64,000 bases of DNA from Hyphomicrobiales bacterium (GTDB lineage Bacteria > Pseudomonadota > Alphaproteobacteria > Rhizobiales > Methylopilaceae): contig JALHQA010000005.1 in assembly GCA_022842205.1 (NCBI GenBank), forward strand, positions 81,616 to 145,615, read 5' to 3'. Positions within the stretch are counted from its first letter, which is position 1, and each line of letters opens with the position of its first letter. A model generated the notes under the pieces. That model was not told where the DNA came from, searched no databases, and was given only the letters and a program-made list of their open reading frames with translations. A program made the translations under genes and the position numbers. Shown one piece after another: positions 58,904 to 64,000 of the stretch.

Positions 58904-59845
58904 ATGACATTGAACGTCGCCGTGCAGATGGACCCGATCGACCGCATCAATATCGCGGGCGATTCAACCTTCGCGCTTTTGCTGGAAGCGCAGAAGCGCG
59001 GCCACAAACTGTCCTATTACACGCCGGACAGGCTGGCGCTGGTCGGCGGCACGGCGTTCACGACCGCGCAGGCGCTGACCGTGAAGGACGCTGCGGGCGA
59101 TCATTTCACGCTCGGTGAGGACGTACGGACGGAGCTTTCCGCGTTCGACGTCATCCTGCTGCGGCAGGACCCGCCCTTCGACCTCGCCTACATTACGACG
59201 ACGCACATTCTTGAGCGGGTGCATCCGAAAACGCTGGTCGTCAACGATCCGGCCTCGGTGCGCAACGCGCCGGAGAAAATCCTCGTTACCGAATTTCCGG
59301 ACCTCATGCCGCCGACGCTGGTCACCCGCGACAGGAGCGAGATCCAGCTGTTCCGGAAAGAGCACGGCGACGTCGTGATGAAGCCGCTGTACGGACATGG
59401 CGGGGCGTCGGTGTTCCGCGTGCAGCCGGAAGACCAGAATTTCGGCTCGCTGTTCGACATTTTCACGACGACATGGCGCGAGCCCTGGGTGATCCAGAAA
59501 TTCCTGCCGGAGGTCGCCAAGGGCGACAAGCGCATCATCCTGGTCGATGGCGTCTACGCCGGGGCGGTCAACCGCGTTCCGGCGGCCGACGACCTGCGCT
59601 CCAACATGGTGCGCGGCGGGCGCGCCGAGCAGGCGGAGCTGACGCCGCGCGAGAAGGAAATCTGCGCGCGGATCGGCCCGACGCTGAAAAAGCTCGGGCT
59701 GCTCTTCGTCGGCATCGACGTGATCGGGGATTACCTCACCGAGATCAACGTCACCTCGCCGACGGGTATCCGCGCCATCGCGAAGACCGGCGGGCCAGAT
59801 GTCGCCGCCGCGGTCTGGGACGCGATCGAGACCAAGCGTGGCTGA
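58904..59845 (+). CDS. gshB: glutathione synthetase
   Basis: Contains '[15 protein letters not shown]', '[16 protein letters not shown]' and 'DKRIILVDG...NVTSPTG'. Confidence 0.95.
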   Translation: MTLNVAVQMDPIDRINIAGDSTFALLLEAQKRGHKLSYYTPDRLALVGGTAFTTAQALTVKDAAGDHFTLGEDVRTELSAFDVILLRQDPPFDLAYITTTHILERVHPKTLVVNDPASVRNAPEKILVTEFPDLMPPTLVTRDRSEIQLFRKEHGDVVMKPLYGHGGASVFRVQPEDQNFGSLFDIFTTTWREPWVIQKFLPEVAKGDKRIILVDGVYAGAVNRVPAADDLRSNMVRGGRAEQAELTPREKEICARIGPTLKKLGLLFVGIDVIGDYLTEINVTSPTGIRAIAKTGGPDVAAAVWDAIETKRG

Positions 59846-59928
59846 CCTTTATCCACATGTTCACGTAATGTTCTTGACCGGCGCTTGAGGTTAAGTCAGC
59901 CTCGGAAGACTCCCGATGGGGGAAATCC

Positions 59929-61458
59929 ATGGTCGCTTTCGTATCGACGGTCGCGTTCGAGGGCATCGAGGCCAAGCCGGTCGATGTCCAGGTTCAGGTC
60001 GCGCCGGGCGTGGCGGCCTTCATCGTCGTCGGCCTGCCCGACAAGGCGGTGAACGAGGCGCGCGAGCGGGTGCGGGCGGCACTGGTCGCCTCCGGACTCG
60101 CCCTGCCGCCAAAGCGCGTCATCATCAATCTGGCGCCCGCCGACCTGCCGAAAGAGGGCTCGCATTACGACCTGCCGATTGCGCTCGCGGTGATGGCGGC
60201 CATCGGCGCGATCCCGCACGATGCGCTGTCGGGCTACACGGTTCTGGGCGAGCTCGCGCTCGACGGGTCGATCACCGAAGTCGCGGGCGTTCTGCCGTCC
60301 GCGATTGCCGCCCATGCGCGCGGCCAAGGCCTGATCTGTCCGCGCGCCGACGGGCCGGAAGCGGCCTGGGCGGGCGAAGACCTCGATATTCTCGCGCCGT
60401 CCTCGCTGATCCAGCTCGTCAACCATCTGAAGGGCACGCAGGTCCTGAAGCGGCCGGAACCCGGCCTGCGCGAAAGCGCGGTGGATATGCCGGACCTTGC
60501 CGATGTGAAGGGGCAGGAGACCGCCAAGCGCGCGCTCGAAATCGCGGCGGCCGGAGGGCACAATCTCATTCTGGTCGGGCCTCCGGGCGCCGGCAAGTCC
60601 ATGCTGGCGTCGCGCCTGCCGTCCATACTGCCGCCGATGAGCGCCCCGGAGCTTCTGGAACTGGCGATGATCCGTTCGGTCGCGGGCGATCTGTCGTGCG
60701 GCGTATTGACGGACCGGCGGCCGTTCCGCGCGCCGCATCATTCGGCGTCGATGGCGGCGCTCGTCGGCGGCGGGATCAAGCCTCGCCCCGGCGAGATCGC
60801 GCTCGCGCACAACGGCGTTCTTTTTCTCGACGAGTTTCCGGAATTCCAGCCGAATGTGCTGGATGCGCTGCGCCAGCCGATGGAAACCGGCAATGTCGTT
60901 GTCGCGCGCGCCAATCATCGCATCACCTATCCGGCGCGTTTCCAGCTTGTGGCGGCGATGAACCCCTGCAAATGCGGCCGCGCGGGCGAGCCCGGCCATG
61001 TCTGCCGCCGCGGCGCGCGCTGTGCCGAGGAATATCAGGCGCGGCTTTCCGGGCCGCTTCTCGACCGTATCGACCTGCATCTCGAAGTGCCGGCGGTGTC
61101 GGCGTCGGATCTGCTTCTGCAGGCGCCCGCCGAAGGCAGCCGGGAGATCGCCGCCCGCGTCGCCGCCGCGCGGGATCTCGCCAAGGCGCGCCATGCCGCG
61201 AAGGGCCTCTCCGCGCGGACCAATGCCGAAGTGTCGCCCTCGGTGATCGAGGAGCTTGCCATGCCGGACGCGGCCGGATCGCGCCTGCTGCGCGATGCCG
61301 CCGATGCCATGCGGCTGTCGGCGCGCGGCTACCACCGGGTGCTGAAGGTCGCGCGCACCATCGCCGACCTCGACGGCGAGGAAAAAGTGGGGCGCGTGCA
61401 TCTCGCTGAAGCGCTGTCCTACCGCACGCTTGTGGATCGTGTTCCCGTCGCCGCCTGA
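59929..61458 (+). CDS. yifB: YifB/ComM-family Mg-chelatase-like AAA+ ATPase
   Basis: Contains 'DLADVKGQETAKRALEIAAAGGHNLILVGPPGAGKSMLA' and 'GVLFLDEFPEF'. Confidence 0.9.
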   Translation: MVAFVSTVAFEGIEAKPVDVQVQVAPGVAAFIVVGLPDKAVNEARERVRAALVASGLALPPKRVIINLAPADLPKEGSHYDLPIALAVMAAIGAIPHDALSGYTVLGELALDGSITEVAGVLPSAIAAHARGQGLICPRADGPEAAWAGEDLDILAPSSLIQLVNHLKGTQVLKRPEPGLRESAVDMPDLADVKGQETAKRALEIAAAGGHNLILVGPPGAGKSMLASRLPSILPPMSAPELLELAMIRSVAGDLSCGVLTDRRPFRAPHHSASMAALVGGGIKPRPGEIALAHNGVLFLDEFPEFQPNVLDALRQPMETGNVVVARANHRITYPARFQLVAAMNPCKCGRAGEPGHVCRRGARCAEEYQARLSGPLLDRIDLHLEVPAVSASDLLLQAPAEGSREIAARVAAARDLAKARHAAKGLSARTNAEVSPSVIEELAMPDAAGSRLLRDAADAMRLSARGYHRVLKVARTIADLDGEEKVGRVHLAEALSYRTLVDRVPVAA

Positions 61459-61508
61459 GGGCGAAACACTGTCACACGCCTGTCGGATGATTCTGGTCGA
61501 AGCGTGCC

Positions 61509-62402
61509 ATGACCGCTTCGAAATCGCCTCTTGCCGCCCTGTCCTCGATCATGGTCCCGCCGGACCTGCCGGTGTTCGACGAGGCGGTGCATCTGCCCGA
61601 TCCGCTGGGCAAGATCGGCACGCTGGAACTCAGGCTGGCGCAGAAGCCCAAGGATGTGAAGCGGGCGCAGAAGCTGCGCTACAAGGTGTTCTTCGAGGAG
61701 ATGTCGGCGGTGCCCAACGTCGCCGCGCGGCTTCTGCGGCGCGACGCCGATATTTTCGACAGCGTCTGCGACCATCTTCTCGTGCGCGATTCCGAGGCGC
61801 GGGGCGGGCTGATCGAGAAGAAGCGCACCGTCGGCACCTACCGCCTGCTCCGGCAGGAGGTGGCGGAGCGGAATTTCGGCTTCTACACCCAGAACGAATT
61901 CGACATCGCGCCGCTCCTTGCGCGCCACTCGCACCTCAATTTCCTGGAACTCGGCCGTTCCTGCGTGCTCGAAGCCTGGCGCGACCGGCGCACGGTCGAA
62001 CTGCTGTGGCACGGCATCTGGGCCTATGTGCTGGCCCACAAGGCCGATGTCATGATCGGATGCGCCAGCCTCGAAGGGTTCAATCCCTCCGAACTGCAAT
62101 TGCCGCTGAGCTATCTGCATCATTTCCACCGGGCGCCGGAGCAGTGGCATGCGGAGGCGCATCCCGCGCGCCGGGCGGATATCCCGCTGCTGGCGAAGGA
62201 AGAGATCGACGCCCGCGCGGCGCTGCGCTCGCTGCCGCCGCTCATCAAGGGCTATCTCCGGCTCGGAGCCATGATCGGCGACGGCGCGGTCATGGATCGC
62301 CAGTTCGGCACGACGGATGTGCTGATCGTCCTGCCGCGGGCCTATATCAACCCGCGCTACGTCACCTATTACGGCGAGACCGCGACCCGCCACGCGGCCT
62401 GA
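61509..62402 (+). CDS. GNAT-fold N-acyltransferase, OlsB-like (ornithine-lipid/lyso-lipid N-acyltransferase family)
   Basis: Contains '[26 protein letters not shown]', '[12 protein letters not shown]...[10 protein letters not shown]' and 'LELGRSCV'. This resembles the hemolysin-like OlsB family. Confidence 0.65.
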   Translation: MTASKSPLAALSSIMVPPDLPVFDEAVHLPDPLGKIGTLELRLAQKPKDVKRAQKLRYKVFFEEMSAVPNVAARLLRRDADIFDSVCDHLLVRDSEARGGLIEKKRTVGTYRLLRQEVAERNFGFYTQNEFDIAPLLARHSHLNFLELGRSCVLEAWRDRRTVELLWHGIWAYVLAHKADVMIGCASLEGFNPSELQLPLSYLHHFHRAPEQWHAEAHPARRADIPLLAKEEIDARAALRSLPPLIKGYLRLGAMIGDGAVMDRQFGTTDVLIVLPRAYINPRYVTYYGETATRHAA

Positions 62403-62487
62403 AAAGCTCATCCGGCGCCGCAATCCATCCACAAGCCGCCGAGACTCCGCTTCCGCCCTCCGCGGCGAGCCGCTAGCACTAGCGGCC

Positions 62488-64000
62488 ATGGATGCCTGCG
62501 TGGAGACCTTAAAACCATCCGACGGCGGCGGCGATGGCCGCGTCACGCCGATGATGGAGCAGTATATCGAGATCAAGACCGCCAACCCGGACTGTCTGCT
62601 GTTCTACCGGATGGGCGATTTCTACGAACTGTTCTTCGAGGACGCCGAACAGGCGAGCCGCGCGCTCGGCATCATGCTGACCAAGCGCGGCAAGCATCAG
62701 GGACAGGACATTCCGATGTGCGGCGTGCCGGTCGAGCGCGCCGACGACTATCTGCAGCGGCTGATCCAGCGCGGCTTCCGCGTCGCGGTCTGCGAGCAGA
62801 TCGAGGATCCGGCGGAGGCGAAGAAGCGCGGGGCGAAATCGGTCGTGAAACGCGATGTCGTGCGCCTCGTCACGCCAGGCACGCTGACCGAGGACGCGCT
62901 GCTGGAGCCGAACCGCGCCAACCGGCTGCTCGCACTGTCGCGCGTATTGACGGGCGAGGACGCCGCCGTGTTCGGCCTTGCCGCGCTGGACATCTCGACC
63001 GGCGCCTTTGCCGTGTCGGAGGCCGCCGGCGCGGGCCTCGCCGCGGCGATCGCCCGGATCGACCCCGCCGAGATCATCGTGCCGGAAGCCTTTTTCGAGG
63101 ACGCCGCATTGGCGTCGCTGCTCAAGGACACGGGCCGCCCGCTGGTGCCGCTCGGCCGCGACATGACGGATGCCGCCAGCGCCGAGCGCCGTTTGTCCGA
63201 AGCCTTGGGTGTCTCGACGCTGGCCGGTTTCGGCGCGCTCAGCCGTGCGGAAATCTGCGCCGGCGCCACCGGCGTCTCCTACATCGTTCGTACGCAGCGC
63301 GGCGAGCGTCCGCCGCTGTCGCCGCCGCAGCGCGCGGGAGCGGGCGGTTTTCTCGACATCGACGCCGCGACGCGCGCCAATCTCGAACTGACGCGGACCT
63401 TGTCCGGCGAGCGCGCCGGCAGCCTGCTTCACGCCGTCGACCGCACGGTCACGGCGGGGGGAGGGCGGCTTCTCGCGGAACGGCTGGCCAGTCCGCTGAC
63501 CGATCCGGATGCGATCAATGCGCGGCTCGATTCCGTGTCGGCGCTTGTCGAGGACGGCGCGCTCAGGCGCGATATCCGGCAGGCGCTGCGCGCCGCGCCC
63601 GATCTCGCGCGTGCCGCGCAGCGGCTGCTGTTCGGCCGTGGCGGGCCGCGCGATCTGGCGGGGGTGCGCGACGCGCTGATTGCCGCGCGGGCGCTTGCGG
63701 AACGGCTTGGTGAAGGCGCGCTGGCGCCGGAGCTTTCAGCGGCATCGATCGCCCTGCGCGCGCCGGACCCCGCGCTGGCCGCGTCTCTCGGCAGTGCACT
63801 GGCCGACGAATTGCCGTTGCGCGCATCGGATGGCGGATTTGTACGTACGAGATATTCGGCGGCGCTCGACGAGCAGCGGCAATTGCGCGACGAGAGCCGC
63901 CGCGTCATCGCCCAGCTTCAGGCGCGCTACGCGGAGGAAACCGGGAACCGGACGCTGCGCGTCAAGCACACCAACTTCCTCGGCTATTTCGTCGAGGTTC
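62488..64000 (+). CDS. mutS: DNA mismatch repair protein MutS, 3'-truncated by the window edge
   Basis: Hand translation from ATG 62488 gives '[68 protein letters not shown]...'. The frame stays open to nt 64000. It is absent from the ORF track because it has no stop codon in the window. Confidence 0.95.
   Translation, partial: MDACVETLKPSDGGGDGRVTPMMEQYIEIKTANPDCLLFYRMGDFYELFFEDAEQASRALGIMLTKRGKHQGQDIPMCGVPVERADDYLQRLIQRGFRVAVCEQIEDPAEAKKRGAKSVVKRDVVRLVTPGTLTEDALLEPNRANRLLALSRVLTGEDAAVFGLAALDISTGAFAVSEAAGAGLAAAIARIDPAEIIVPEAFFEDAALASLLKDTGRPLVPLGRDMTDAASAERRLSEALGVSTLAGFGALSRAEICAGATGVSYIVRTQRGERPPLSPPQRAGAGGFLDIDAATRANLELTRTLSGERAGSLLHAVDRTVTAGGGRLLAERLASPLTDPDAINARLDSVSALVEDGALRRDIRQALRAAPDLARAAQRLLFGRGGPRDLAGVRDALIAARALAERLGEGALAPELSAASIALRAPDPALAASLGSALADELPLRASDGGFVRTRYSAALDEQRQLRDESRRVIAQLQARYAEETGNRTLRVKHTNFLGYFVEV

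Noticed and set aside
62718-63713. A 331-aa Arg-rich ORF on the plus strand, and 62509..63432 on the minus strand.
   Set aside because: Both are off-frame shadows of mutS. The true mutS frame starts at 62488 and runs off the window, so it is missing from the ORF track.

Overview
This is a high-GC chromosomal window from an alphaproteobacterium, probably Hyphomicrobiales-like; that assignment is inferred from gene content and order. About 85% of it is conserved housekeeping backbone:
- chvG-hprK-EIIA(Man)-HPr, then ahcY, a PAS histidine kinase, tsaE/amgK-murU, addB-addA and trxA.
- On the minus strand: pncB, folC-accD-trpA-trpB-trpF, lapA-like, ihfB, sppA, rpsA-cmk-aroA.
- tRNA-Ala(GGC), hsp20-DUF1150 and hrcA.
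- A TAXI-TRAP transporter and a sulfate ABC transporter.
- rph-rdgB-hemW, lpoA-like, rsmI-yraN-gshB, yifB, olsB-like and the 5' part of mutS.

The part most worth a second look is the accessory block between HPr (ends 2801) and ahcY (starts 12995), especially 7975-12900. It contains three things:
- A 67-nt direct repeat of the 5' end of the maa acetyltransferase gene (7908-7974 and 11276-11342), bracketing about 3.4 kb.
- Inside those repeats, a candidate HNH/EndoVII '[A/G]HH'-type nuclease toxin with a small acidic downstream partner (10029-11210).
- Directly next to the second repeat, a markedly low-GC, translationally coupled two-gene cassette encoding a 3-TM membrane protein and a HAD-fold hydrolase (11348-12780). 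It has no obvious metabolic context and is my best candidate for an undescribed conflict or defence-type module. That reading is inference only.

Other notable points:
- a frameshifted class D (OXA-like) beta-lactamase gene
- an orphan ArsR regulator with a perfect palindromic operator, next to a BrnT/BrnA toxin-antitoxin pair
- nested palindromic intergenic repeats after ahcY
- a near-consensus sigma32 promoter upstream of hsp20
- tandem TAXI binding-protein paralogs separated from the permease gene by a hairpin
- a sulfate transporter locus interrupted by yeiH/lysR and lacking cysA

I saw no CRISPR array, rRNA, transposase or integrase. All calls come from reading the supplied translations and the sequence by eye; no database search was run.
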